Made by a program: the position numbers and the translations under genes. The notes under the pieces are model-generated. The model did no database searches. It was not told the DNA's origin and worked only from the letters and a program-made list of their open reading frames with translations. DNA of 64,000 nucleotides from the NCBI GenBank assembly GCA_030704615.1, contig CM060734.1, positions 19,530,001 through 19,594,000 of the forward strand, read 5' to 3'. The number at the start of each line of letters is the position of its first letter. Position 1 is the stretch's first letter. Source of the DNA: Takakia lepidozioides. Taxonomy: Eukaryota > Plantae > Bryophyta. Positions 13,001-31,100 of the stretch are shown here, piece after piece.

Positions 13001-16000
13001 TATGGGTTGCAAGTCAACCTTACAAAAACCAAGATCATGATTTTCAATGGGCAGGCCGACCGCAGATTCTTCCTCAACAATCGAAAGGTGGAGATAGTCA
13101 AATCCTACCGATATCTCGGGCTGGTTATCCACTCCCCCAAATTCCACTTTGCAGCGACAGATTGACAAAAGGCAAGGCAGCCTCCATCCGCCTTCAGGCC
13201 AAATGCAAGCAGATACACATGCGCCACCCACCGACAAGAAGTGGTTGTTTGATAGCGTAGTCACCCCAAATGCCACTTTTGGTTGTGAATTTTGGGTACC
13301 TGCAGTCCCAGTTTCCTGGTGGGAAAACAATTTGGAACCATTGCAATCATCTTTCCTCCAAGCAATGCTCGGCGCCAGAGGCACAACTCCATCGCACATA
13401 TTGAATGCAGAATTCGCCTGTGTGCCACTCCAAACTGAGCCCTCTTCCGGCTTACAATTTTCCTGCATAGGTTACAAGCCCTTCCCCCCAAGGGGCTTGT
13501 GGCCAGGGCCCTCACCACATCTATGAGACTAAAAAATGCAGGCTTCAAACAATCCTGGTATGCCCGTGTGGATACCTTTCTTGAACGCCATGGACTCTCT
13601 ATAGCTTCACTTTTGCCAGTGAACCCAGAAGAGGTGGAAATCACATCCAGACATGACCGCAACCAACTCATTAGAAAGGAGCTCATGGAGTTACATGTCA
13701 AGAGAACTTGGAAGTTACCCACAACAAAGCTCTATTTCTATCGAGAAACATTCTTGGTTCTCCGGGATGATAGAATCTTGCAGCCCAATTACCTTTCAGC
13801 CTCTTTATCTCCTTCTCTCCTGAGGGCTTTGGGGCGGTTCAGGGTGGGCTCCCACAACCTACGGATAGAGACTGGCAGATGGGAAAACCTGCAGCGGGAG
13901 GACCGCCTATGTCCAGCTTGCAGAGGGCGCAACCAGGAAATTGAAACTGAAGAACACTTCTTCTTCTATTGCCCCCTATACTATGAGATTCGTGGGAGAT
14001 TCCATTGTCTATTCCGTGGAACCCAATCTCTCACTGAAGTCTTCCACTATGAGGATCAGAAATGTTTGGCAGCCTACCTACACGAGGCATTCACCCTTAG
14101 ACAATCGCTCAAATAGTTCTTTTCTTTGACTCTGGTTTTCCTATTTTCTCTCATGTTCTTCCTTCCATTTTGTCCCATAAGCTCTATGAGGTTTCCGCGG
14201 ACGTTATAAAGCACCATTTCATTTCATTTCATTTCTCTTTGTCTTCTCGTGTGGCATGAGTATGCCCAGTCATTGTATCATTCCCCAAACCAAACTCCCT
14301 CTCCCATAACCTCTAAACCCCTAAATGGCAGGGCATTGGATATTTCAGGGCTATGGGGTGAATTCATCAAGCACGCAACACCCACTTTGGCCCCGTTTAT
14401 AGGTTACCTCTTCAATGAGGCAGTGGAACATGGCTTTCCAACAGAGTGGACAAAGAACATCATCCATCCTCTTCAAGAGCGGTGAGAGGCTCGCACCGAC
14501 CAACTATCGCACAATTATGGTGTCATCGTTATTGGCTAAGCTGTTTGGGGCAGTAGTGGCCATGGAGTTGGATGATTGGGCTGAATCCTCTCACATACGG
14601 GCTAAGGGACAAGCTGGTTTCCGTCGCAACAGATCCACTCTTGACGACATTTTCACTCTTCAGGTCATGGTGGAAAGTGCTAGCTTTGACAAAAAACTGG
14701 TTTACGTCTGCTTCGTTGACTTTCACAAGGCTTTTGCACATCGGTACTCTGGAGCTGTGGGCACCATCGAGCTTGATGATTTCATACAAGAGTTTAATAG
14801 TTGGCGGTTCCTCCCGACCTTCTTTTCCAAAGGCTCCAGAGGGTGGGAGTCCCTCAAAACATTCTCTATGCTATTTCCTCCCTGTATGAGATCGTCACTG
14901 CATGATCAATGTCACAGGGGAATTCTCAGCTGAGGTCCATAGTAACATTGGGGTCAAACAGGGCTGCCCCCTCTCACCTACCCTATTCGAAATCTACATT
15001 GACGCCTTGGAAGTCTACATCTCAAAAAACTATGGAGTTGGTGTGCCATTGGATGGAGGACCAACACAATCAGATCTCCTCTACGCGGATGATGTTGCCC
15101 TTTTGGCACAATCTCCTGTCTTCCTACAACGCCATCTCCACATCTTGGAACAGTTCTCCAAAGACTATGGGCTGCAAGTCAACCTTACAAAATCCAAGAT
15201 CATGGTTTTCAATGGGCAGGCCGACCGCAGATTCGTCCTCAACAATCGGGAGGTTGAGATAGTCAAATCCTACTGGTATCTGCGTCTGGTTATCCACTCC
15301 CCCAAATTCCAATTTGCAGCAATGGCCCTGGACAGATTGACAAAAGGCAAGGCAGCCTCCATCCGCCTTCAGGCCAAATGCAAGCAGATACATCTGCGCC
15401 ATCCAACGACCAAGAAGTGGCTGTTTGATAGCGTGGTCACCCCAAATGCCACTTTTGGTTGTGAATTTTGGGCACCTGCGGTCCCAGTTTCCTGGTGGGA
15501 AAAGAATCTGGAACCATTGCAGTCATCTTTCCTCCAAGCAATGCTTGACGCCAGAAGCACAACTCCATCGCACATACTGAATGCAGAATTCGCCTGCGTG
15601 CCACTTCAAACTGAGGCCCTCTTCCGGCTTACAATTTTCCTGCATAGGTTACAAAGCCCTTCCTCCCAAGGGGCTTGTGGCCAGGGCCCTTGCGACATCT
15701 ATTAGACTCAAAAATGCAGGTTTCAAACCATCCTGGTATGCTTGGGCGGATACCTTTTTTGAACGCCATGGACTCTCTATTGCTTCACTATTGCCAGTGA
15801 ACCCAGAAGAGGTGGACATCACATCCAAGCATGACCGCAACCAACTCATTAGAAAGGAGCTCATGGAGCTACATGTCAGGAGAACTTGGAAGTTACCTTA
15901 CCTCACGACAAAGCTCCATTTCTATCGAGAAACATTCTTGGTTCTCCGAGATGATAGAATCTTGCGGACCGATTACCTTTCGGCCTCTTTATCTCCTTCT

Positions 16001-18230
16001 CTCCTAAGGGCTTTGGGGCGGTTAAGGGTGGGCTCCCACAACCTACAGATAGAGACTGGCAGATGGGAAAACCTGCAGCGGGAGGACCGCCTCTGTCCAG
16101 CTTGCAGAGGGCGCAACCAGGAAATTGAAACTGAAGAACACTTCTTCTTCTATTGCCCTCTATACTATGAGATTCGTGGGAGATTCCATTGTCTATTCCG
16201 TGGAACCCAATCTCTCACTGAAGTCTTCCACCATGAAGATCAGAAATGCTTGGCAGCCTACCTGTCCTTAGACAATCACTCGAACAATAGTTCTTTTCTT
16301 TGACTCTGGTTTCCTGTTCTCTCTCATGTTTTTCTTTCCATTTTGTCCCATAAGCTTTCCGCGGACGTTATAAAGCACCATTTCATTTCTCTTTTCCATA
16401 TCATTTCATTTCTCTTCACCCTTAGACAATCACTCGAGCAATAGTTTTTATTCTTCGCTCTGGTTTTTTGTTTCCTCTCTCATATTCTCTTCCATTTTGT
16501 CCCATAAGCTCTATGAGCTTTCCGCGGACATTATAAAGCACCATTTCATTTCATTTCTCATACTCTCTATGGACCTTCTTAAGTTTCTTTCATTTATTTT
16601 CATGTCTTTCTTGCCAGCTTCAGTGTTTTTCTTACATTCAAGAGGCCCTCTGGTTGTGCAGTCCCTGTTCACCCAGTTGACCTCCATATCTGAGACAGCA
16701 GCAGATGTACTAGCTAGCAGGGAGAACGTGGTTCTAAGCTTGCTGATGCGGCTCACAGAGACACACATCGTCTGGGTGGCAGAAGACAATAGTTTCTGGA
16801 TTGCCATTGAGGATGGACCCAAGAAGCTTGGCCCTATTGGCTTACAGCAAGTATGTCCTTGAATCATCATAGCCAGGAGAGATTGAAGACAGGTGGACAT
16901 GCACATAGTGTCATGCTTGCACAAGTATTGTCACCCTTTCTATGGCAACACTTGAACTCCACATTTTCAGTTTGGCCAGTTATTCTCTGCCATGGATTTT
17001 TGACCCCCCTAGGCCTCTGCTGTGCTAGCTGCTTGTTCGTTATGGGCTCATGTTGTTCGCGTTTTCTTCTGCACTAGAGTGCTGTTTGTACTCTCATACA
17101 GAAAGTCGATTGGACACTCCTTGTATTTTAACTTGTCAATCAATCTATCAGGCCACATCTGTACGTTGGTCACTAAAGAGGGTTGGCGTACATGAATTTC
17201 ACTTTGTTCACTGAGTTGAGTGAGGTGATTGTTCCAGATGCAGTAAGCCAGTTTGTATCACGAGCCAAGTAGCGCTGTTTTGAAGGCATCTATATTGTTT
17301 AGTGGCACGTCCTATATCAGATACTACTGATAATACTTCTTCTGAGTTTAAGACTAGGAAAGATTCAGCTTACCTGGGTGGAGTGGCGATCTGTTCCAAT
17401 GATGGGGTGGGTCAGTTTGTGTTAGACATGCAATTTGTGAGCCAATTAGCACTGAATGGGCACTATTCGTCAAGGCGTCTTCGTCAAGTGGTATCTGATA
17501 TGACATCTCGTGCTGTCCATGCCTATGCTTCAACAGGGGCTGACCCTGACAGGTCTGCAGTCTCTCTCTCCAGTTCTCAAAAGGTTGATTGGTGCTGTCT
17601 AGAATTTTTGTGGAATACTCCAATCAGTGGTCTGGAGTGTGTTGGTCAGAAGATGATGGAGATGAAGTTAATAGCAGCAACTTCTGACCACAAATTACAA
17701 GCATTCTTTTTCTAAGAAAGAAGTTTGCAGTCTAGAACTTGGTGCACTTTTAAACATGGGTGTTCACCTGTGCTTTCCTCCTCTGCAATTCCTTCAAATG
17801 GAAGCTCATCTCATCTCATTTTTTCTTGCATCTGCACTAAATTATGATGTGGGGGGTCTGATTATATTGGAGAATATGAGATTGTTCCATTGATCTTTGC
17901 CACCATGCTTTTCTCACAAGGATTCGTAGACAGCATAGCGAAGTACAATTGTAAAAATAGACGAATTGACCTAAGCTTTTACATATCGTGTGTTGCAGTG
18001 TCTTGCCTGAAGACGAGTGGTTTCTGCTAACAGCCCAGAATGCCCTCCACAAGCTCCTGGACCGCTGGAAGAAGCCAGACCCTCCAGCTTCTGATACTGT
18101 TAGCCCCGAAGATTCAATCTCCTTGGTACAGACTTCGGTTGCTCGCTGGAGCATTCTTGCCGGAGGAGTCGGTTCTCAACAAGAACATTCTGAAAGACAA
18201 CTGCTTGGGCTTGCTCTTGCCAAGGCATAG
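7059..18230 (+). CDS. EXO84: Exocyst component EXO84 (EXO84b-like), exons 4-9
   Basis: Exons 7059-7514, 7681-7842, 8541-8900, 16662-16850, 17416-17552 and 17999-18230, all GT-AG, in phase and without stops. Motifs: AAAAGMLRAAAECVQIALGHCSLLE, LALLGNASALADELLP, LLMRLTET..GPIGLQQFVLDM, DPDSVLPEDEWF. Confidence 0.9.
8930..10330 (+). mobile_element. Old RTEX-like LINE remnants: a 3' end with (CATTT)n tails at about 9007-9066, then a degenerate RT/C-terminal fragment
   Basis: ATAAAACACCATTTCATTTCATTTC matches the 3' ends at 14205-14235 and 16530-16556. Peptides NYRTIVIFSLMAKLLG and VYACFVDFWKA match the copy at 14250-16390. Confidence 0.75.
10900..14235 (+). mobile_element. RTEX-like LINE, near full length, with an internal deletion
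   Basis: ORF1 is 11006-12007 (coiled coil plus RRM-like NIRVTG..YLNDDLT) with two premature stops at 11324 and 11546. APE motifs: SWN, LETH, GDFNARTG, VDY. A deletion at about 12836 removes the N-half of RT. Then LLYTDD, GSHNLRIETGRW..C..C..ETEEHFFFYC, and a (CATTT)4 tail at 14215-14234. The 5' boundary is approximate. Confidence 0.85.
14249..16390 (+). mobile_element. Second RTEX-like LINE copy, 5'-truncated
   Basis: Frameshifted RT (NYRTIMV, QAGFR, FVDFHKAF, GVKQGCPLSP, LLYADD), the same C-terminal zinc motif and a (CATTT)2 tail. It is highly similar to 12837-14235. Confidence 0.9.
16415..16556 (+). mobile_element. Third, very short 3' piece of the same LINE
   Basis: TTCACCCTTAGACAATC..CCATAAGCTCTATGAG..AAAGCAC followed by (CATTT)3. 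Confidence 0.85.
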
Positions 18231-18502
18231 AGACAGAGACCCATGATCCTCAAACAAGAAAAACGGGAGCTGATGCTTGGTCCTATCAATCTCGAAACCG
18301 AAGGATCTTCCAGCTGGGTGATTCAGGGGAGGCTGGAACTGAACCTATTACAGTTTCAAAGCGCTCATCTTCCTGTCTGATCTCTTCCAGCACCATCGCA
18401 ACACCTCTCTTCACGAGAAACGACAAGCCAAAGGTGAGGCCGATGACTCGGAGACACGAAGCAGACGACCCACCACGTCAGAAACAGACTCTTCGGTGCT
18501 GC

Positions 18503-18597
18503 CATGTTTTGCTACTCACTAACTCACCAACTCTACGCGGTTAACGACCCAGAACTGTGCTTGTGGGTCGTTAACCGCAGTTGGATGGCGAAACATG
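18503..18597. repeat. Palindromic hairpin, possibly a tiny MITE
   Basis: Perfect 15-bp inverted repeat GCGGTTAACGACCCA (18537-18551) / TGGGTCGTTAACCGC (18564-18578), with imperfect outer arms. Confidence 0.6.
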
Positions 18598-18792
18598 AGG
18601 GGGTTGGCGAAACTATGTAGCATCCTGATCGGATCATCCTGCGCCGCCACGAAGATCGCGCCGTGTATGTAGATGGAATCGGATGGCTGTGAATTATCCG
18701 AAACAAAAAGCTATCTGTAATTTAAATGTTTTTTAAAATATTCTTTGCTTCTTGCGTAGAGGAACTCTTGTGTGTGTCTTTCTCGCTGTCGC

Positions 18793-18794
<2 letters not shown>

Positions 18795-18823
<29 letters not shown>
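18795..18823. repeat. (TG)n microsatellite upstream of citrate synthase
   Basis: Read directly from the sequence. Confidence 0.95.
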
Positions 18824-18826
<3 letters not shown>

Positions 18827-19338
18827 GTACTTCGTGTTGGAGTTGCAAAGAGATCGGATTGGACTCAGAGGTGGGGGAAGAGGATCGTCTGTTTCGGATG
18901 AGGTGGGTTCACTCTTACTGTGCTGCTTCCTTCCTCTATTTTGAAGTTTGGGTGAGACAGTATTTAGTACCAGTTTTGATGCTTGATGGTTTGTCGCCTC
19001 ATCTCTTTCTCACGCTGTAATCAAAATTCTTGGGTTTCGAAGCTTCACTTGTTACAAATTTTATCCATTTGGTTCTGGGGAAATTGTTTTGGGTTTTGGA
19101 ATTTGGTTGTTTCCGCAGATTTCAGCCACAGATTTAGTACCGTTTGTGAATTTTGATTTCTCTCTTTCGCTTCTGTCTCTCTCAGAACCAAGCAGGCACA
19201 CAAAATTTCTCAGGAGTAGTCGTTGTCACTACTGATTATCGTGATCATCGTCAATACTTTGTTTCTGAAAGTCATCACCGTCACCGTCATCACCAGCACT
19301 CTCTGTCCTGTTGAGTGAGAGTCTTCGAATTTTCAGGC

Positions 19339-24668
<5,330 letters not shown>

Positions 24669-27134
24669 TAAACTAGGCCTCCTGCCCACTATCATCTTGC
24701 TTCACAGAAAGAAAAGGTAGAAAAGAAGAGAGAAACCATTAGAAACTTTTAGAGAAATACATTTAAATGTCACAGACAGTCCATCTGATAGGGGAGGTTC
24801 TGTGGGCCTTTCTTGACCTCTTGTTCAAAGTGTGCAGAAGTCTTGGGAATGGTTAGAGAACCAAAATCTAACTTATCTGATTGTTTGGGAGGGCAGCTCA
24901 CTAAACTTATTCTAAGTGGCTGTACCCCTTCATACCCTGCATGTGAATCCTATTGAGGCGATTGCCAATGGTGCATGTGCCTTTGGGATTACATGACTTT
25001 CTTCAAGACAAGCATACGAGAAATGTCGTTGTTCCTTCCACATGAAGTTCATTTCAACATCTATAAGCGCCTATGCATATGGGTTATCGGCCCCTCCACC
25101 TGCCAAAGCCAGTATACGTCGATGTACACCCTCCAACATGCCCATGTAGATCTGACACCGTCACAGTGCCCTGACCACTGGGCTCTGTCGGTAGCTCTTA
25201 GCTCAGTCATCGGCTGAGCAGGGTACTGTACTTCATGTTGCTTACAGAGCACTCGGTCCTGTGTTTTTGTGGCCGGCCATGATGCGTGGTCAGCACTCTC
25301 TGGCGCTGGCTGGACAGTCGTGAAGGCATTCTGCAGGTTTACCCTGTGTCGGACGGACAATTTCTTCCAACAGGGGAGAAGTACCGTAGTAGAAAAGTAT
25401 GTGATCAGAATGTACAGTTGGGGCGAGCGTGCCCATCAGCCTTTCTGGCTCCAGTTGGCAGAGTAGATCTGGTGCAGTGCAGTCATGCAGACGATGTGCA
25501 AGCCAGGCACATGGTGTGCGAGGCACGCCAATATCCCTGCTCTTCGATATCATCATCTCCTCATGATTGGGAATATTTTTCTTCTGAATTTGAGCGAGAT
25601 TGAAAGAATGCAAAGGATGGGATTCTTAGGGATTTGAACCCAGTACCAGTCGGTCGTTGGGTCAGAGGACCCTAAGCACTGGGCATAGGCGATGGCGGTC
25701 TTGTCTCCTGAACGCCCAGATTTGCGCCCGCATGCCAAGGATCCGTGTCCAGAATCTCTGAGGGTTCAGGAACTCGTGAAGCTGCTCCAACTGTTCGGCC
25801 TGGCAACCCTTGACACTTCCAGTAGCTTTTCCAATGCCTGAAGAATCAACAGTCTTTTGAGATTGACAGTTTTGTGTCATTCTCTTCCTTCCCTCAGAAT
25901 TATGTCGAAGGGAAGGAAGGATCTACCAAATGTTCGAACTTTTCCCAGGTTAGAAAGATGGTTCACACTCTCGCGACAAGGCTCTGGGACCAACCCGTAA
26001 TACTAGAAAGGGATTTCACCCACAACATTAGTCCAAGGCACTTGAAATTGAATCTATGCAACAAGCACCAAAGTGAATCAGAGCATAATCGTGATCACAA
26101 CGGTTGAGAAGCTGTGCTCTTCTAGATACTTTTCAGAAACTACAAGTACCCCGAGGTAACTTCACTGAGAAAATCCCGGACTGGCATGCATAGCATTGCA
26201 TATGAGTTGGCAAGCATGGAGCAATTTGCAAAACTTTAAGATGAACCTGCTTCAATCACCTACATTTACACATCAATGCGACAGAAAAACGTTCGATTCA
26301 GAGACTACAAGCGAGAGGGATGTGGCTGCTGTAGCTTCGAGGCATTGGAGTCCAAGCTCACCTTTGGAGGCAAGTGTGGCAGCCAAACGTAGTTGTGACC
26401 TCCCCACTTTGTTGAAATTGATAGTACTGAGACTATAGTGATGGATGCTTCTATCACAGTCCGACCCATATTGAACCTTGGTAACCCAACCTAGTGGATG
26501 GTAAGTACTCCAGATGAGCTTCTACTCTCCAGAGGCTTTACATTCGAGCGAGTATGTGATGGCAATCAATTGTGATCCGTAGAATATTTCCAACATGGCT
26601 GGAACAGTCGATGCCCGATCAGAAAACATGAAGTCTGTATCTAGCACGCCCTTCATTAGAAAAGAAGGAGGCCGTCGAAAAAGGTATCTTATTGAAAATG
26701 GATAGCACAGTACAGTGATGAATGTAAGGCATGATGCATTCTACTTCTTAGAAAAATCTGTACACAAATAGATCGAAGTACCGTGGTGCTTAGAAATTAA
26801 GAAAAGTTGGATCCGATAGGATGAAAGACATAATCAAAACTCTTCAAGTTCCCCTATGCGGCCGGATCATGAAGTGCGGTAGCAACCCTTGGAGCCTTCG
26901 GTTGCGATTGAAACAGAAAACCTCTGAAGATTGAGCATGGAGACCAGACTGCAAATGTGCCGAATCCACTTGTGTCCAAGGAAGTGCAGACATGGAAGTC
27001 CAGATTAAGAAACACACCAGCTGGAAACACGTGAAATCTACCCATCCTCCACCTTCATAGCTGACCTCTTTCAATCATAGAGTCGTCCTTGCGTTGCTGA
27101 ACGATGGGTGACATAGTTGGAGAACTTTCTGCCT

Positions 27135-27341
27135 TTACAAGTAGGCAAAACCAGCAACGAACGCTAGCAGGCTGACTATCAAACCCGCAGCGATTGATGG
27201 ATGGAAGTTCGGGGTCACCCCCGAGTTAGGAGGTGGACTGGGGGCATCCGCTGCCATCGCCAGACCGCACTGCATTGTCACCGAAAGGACCACAATGGCC
27301 ACCATTACAGTCGTCGAGGCGGCCCAGCTCTTGCAGGCCAT
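27135..27341 (-). CDS. Arabinogalactan peptide (AG-peptide), predicted GPI-anchored, 68 aa
   Basis: Signal peptide MACKSW..GLAMA, short mature ADAPSPPPNSG and hydrophobic C-tail SIAAGLIVSLLAFVAGFAYL. Confidence 0.85.
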   Translation of the reverse strand: MACKSWAASTTVMVAIVVLSVTMQCGLAMAADAPSPPPNSGVTPNFHPSIAAGLIVSLLAFVAGFAYL

Positions 27342-28101
27342 GGTGAACGAACCGCTATTCGATCTTCTTCTCTGGCACAGGCAAACAAACACACGAACCT
27401 TCACCAACTCCGCTGTTAGCACTCCTCTTGAACCTCAATTATCTGATCACTCACGCCTCAGCAACCTCTGAAAAACAACAGAAAGTACAGCGGAAGAGCA
27501 CTTCTAGCACTGAAGTATTCTCCACAACCAGATTTGAGCGCATGCATGCATCAGAATGAAGAGCAGCCGATCCAGACAACAAGAAAGACGCGATCAGAGC
27601 ACAGTGTGAGACAAGACGAATCTCGCATTGCTATAACCACACCTCCACCCGTTACTCGTCCTTTTCACCGCCCTTACATTTACCCCCGGTAAACTCCCGT
27701 GTCCCTTCCATCTGCTCAGAGTTCGGCACGTGGCAGGCTACACTAATAGCTGACTATTTATTGATAAATACTTGCTATATTCCACTTTAATCCGTGCCAC
27801 CGCCTGCTGCCAGTCAGCGTGAATATGTCTGTTAATTCGGTAATAGGCTATTATTTAACTTGTACTATTCTAAATTACATTGATATCTCCTCCCTGGCGG
27901 GGCCCGCCACCGTCCCCCGTTTTGAATAACAATTATAATAAATAAGTAAATATCTTATCTTTGTAATTAACCATTTCTGATTCCTTCCTTCTGATACTTT
28001 TTTACGATTAGCTTGTAAAGCATCTCAGAATATGCTAGTGAGAATGAATATAGAACCAAGACAAAAAAAAGGTAACAGGAAATGGCATAAAAAGATAAGT
28101 G

Positions 28102-31100
28102 GTGTAAAGCCAGATTCTCGCCCACCCCGTTATTCCTCTTCCTCTCAGGGTATTGAGCTATAAGGGGGATATATGCTCGGTAAAGCAGCTAGCGAGATAG
28201 GCAAGATCCAACGCAGAGGAGTCAGAATCACTCACAGAGCTTCACAGCACATCCTCATTCACATCCTTTTCATCCAAAAACTCCCACATAGGCACAGTAG
28301 GGTTTCACACCAAACTTACACCGCCGCCTGCGTCGTGTTGATCTCTTTTATAAACGAAGGCCCACAATCTTATCTAACCAAGTGGCAAGCCCTGATTGGT
28401 CACCTGGATGCCATCCGGGTGTCTGTCCAGATTGGACGCCACCTCATTCTAATTTAGAGATAAACTACCTGTTAACATAAGACAATACTTAGTTTAAAAA
28501 TAGATTGTTTCCAGCTGTTTCATCCAAGCCCTTTTTCAATGGTCATCATCCAACGTCTGTTCATCCAATGACGAAAAGGTAGGTAGAAGGAATCTGGCAT
28601 TACATATGTAAAGCCTCCTGGCACACAGAGAAGCGAGCTCCAGTGCGCTAGCCAAATAAACACTATGCTCAAGATAGGGAGCAGGGTCACTCAAGGTCAC
28701 ACCAAGATAGGATGAAAAAACCGCAACAATGAAAACCTTGCTCTGCAATTTGAGCGAAGGACAAAACCTTGTTGTGGAAAAACCCTATCTTGTGAGGTGT
28801 GCAACATGAAGAACTATGAAGAAAACTGAGAGAGATCCTAGGTAGGGAGCAGCTGAATAAAGACAGTGTTATGAGGAAGTCTAGGTAGCAACTGAAGCAG
28901 AATCAAGCCGAGCACGCTTCTTCGGAGTTAAGACCACATGCCGATTCTCCACATTGATGCAGGTCAAATCAAACTGTAGCTTAGAAGGGACCAGTTGAGA
29001 AACATGAACAGTCCCCCCCGTTCTTTTCTAACAACTGGCACATGGTTTTGTTGAACCTCTCTGTAAGCCCGTTGCACTGGGGGTTGTAGGGAGCAGTCAA
29101 GCGATGCTTGACATCTAAATTAAAGCACACAACCTCCATAAGCTGATTACAAAACTCCGTACCATGATCAATTAAAATATCAAGGGGACAACCATGGCGT
29201 AGCAGGATTTCATCAAAGAAGAATTGAACCACCTCATCACTGTCCTTAGCAACCAACGGTCGGATCTCAACCCACTTAGACAGGTAATCAGTAGCCACAC
29301 CAATGTAGCTATTGCCCTTAGTCGTAGTTCTGAGGGGTCCAACAAGATCAAGACCAACTCGGGCAAACATCTCAGTCACCGGAATTGGTTGTAATTTAAG
29401 AGGACCTATGGTCCTAGGCAGCAGTGTTTTAGACTTACATGGAACACACTTAGAAATGAAATCTGCCACATCCTTAGTTAACCCCTTCCAATGGTACTTT
29501 TCCTGGACTCACTTGACAGTTTTGTCAACGCCTAAATGACCAACATATAGTGAGCAATGGTAAAGCTCAAGCAACGCAGGCATAGAGCTCCTAGTAGGGA
29601 CCTCCACGGCAGTCTCTTGCCCATGAACATGAACTACCTTAAGCAATTTACCTTCATGCTCTCGATGAGAGGGGAGATGATAGTTGACTTGCTTGAGGAG
29701 ACGGGAAGAGAGGCCCGACAGATGAGTGTTGGTCTTACACTTCTGGAGGAGGGCTTGGTGAAGTTGGTCCTCCATGGTTGCAGCTGCCATAGCCAGCCCT
29801 TGGGTTAGTGTGAGCCTATCGGAGTGTCCGCCTCAGTTATCTCCAGGGAAAGGCTGCCAGCTCAATTGAATGACAAGGGTGACTTCATGAAGATGCAACC
29901 AAGGACAATGAAGCACAGAAGCAGATTTCCCTATGGAGAGGATTCAGTGCCAAAACCATAACTAGAAGTAGAAAGGGACAGCGCAATCATAGAAGAGAGG
30001 GTGATATCATACCGAGAATATGACCACAGTGACATTACAACACTCTAAACCAACTTCAACCAGCAGAAAATGAGAGCAAATCCCATTCAGACATGAGATC
30101 AGGTGGAAGAAGAGGAACAGTGGCAAACAAGGCAAGTAAATCGGACCCTTCAGGAGAGGTAGAGGGTGAGGGTGAAGCACCAGATGGTAAGCAGTGTGCA
30201 AGGTCATCTATAGTAACATAAGGGTCAGAGGACTTAGTCTCCGTGCGTGTGAGAGCGTCAGCATTACTGTTGGCTTTGCCCTTCTTATACTCAATGTCGT
30301 ACTCAAACATCTGAAGAGTAAGTAACCAGCAAGCCAAGCGTCCCGAGAGTGCTCGTGGGGTTTTGAGAGCCTTCAATGGAAGATGATCAGTCTGAATAAC
30401 AAAGGAGCAGCCATGTAGATACTGCCGAAAATGTTTTACCCCAAAAATGACGGCAAGTCCTTCTTTATCAGTAATACTATAGTTCTTCTCATGTTTGTCA
30501 AGCCGCCTGGAAGCATAGGCCACCACATGTTCCCTGCCATTTCTTTTTTGGCATAGAATAGCTGAAACAGCCAGGTCAGAGGCATCAGTCTGAAGAATAA
30601 AGGGTAGGGAAAAATCAGGAAAGACCAGAATGGGTGCACTGGTGAGAGCAACTTTGAGTTTCTCAAAAGCAGTGATTTGGTACTTGCCCCAAAGAAAAGC
30701 GAACATCTTTGCACAACAACTGATTAAGCGCAGCGGCAATGTGAGCAAAGTGTTTAATGAAATGACGATAGTAAGAGGCTAACCCAAGAAAAACACGGAC
30801 AGAATTTTTGTCACGTGAAGTAGGAGAGTTCCAGACAGCCTGAATTTTGGCAGGGTTAGGGCTAATGCCTTGGGCTGAGAGAAGGTGGCCAAGAAAATGA
30901 AGCTCCGTCATGCACAAGTCACATTTCTTGGCTTTCACTTTGAGACCTGCTCCTCTAAGCCTGCACAAAACGCGCTTCAGATCCAGCATGTGAGAATCAA
31001 AGTCAGCTGAGTAAACGTTGATGTCATCAACATATACCAATGCACATTCCCAGCGCAAGTTCCCTAGAACAACATCCATGAGATGTTGAAAGGTGGCAGT

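Noticed and set aside
25020-25480. GC-richer, coding-like stretch downstream of citrate synthase
   Set aside because: The minus-strand frames I translated contain stops, the tracked ORFs are short, and I could not match any peptide to a family.
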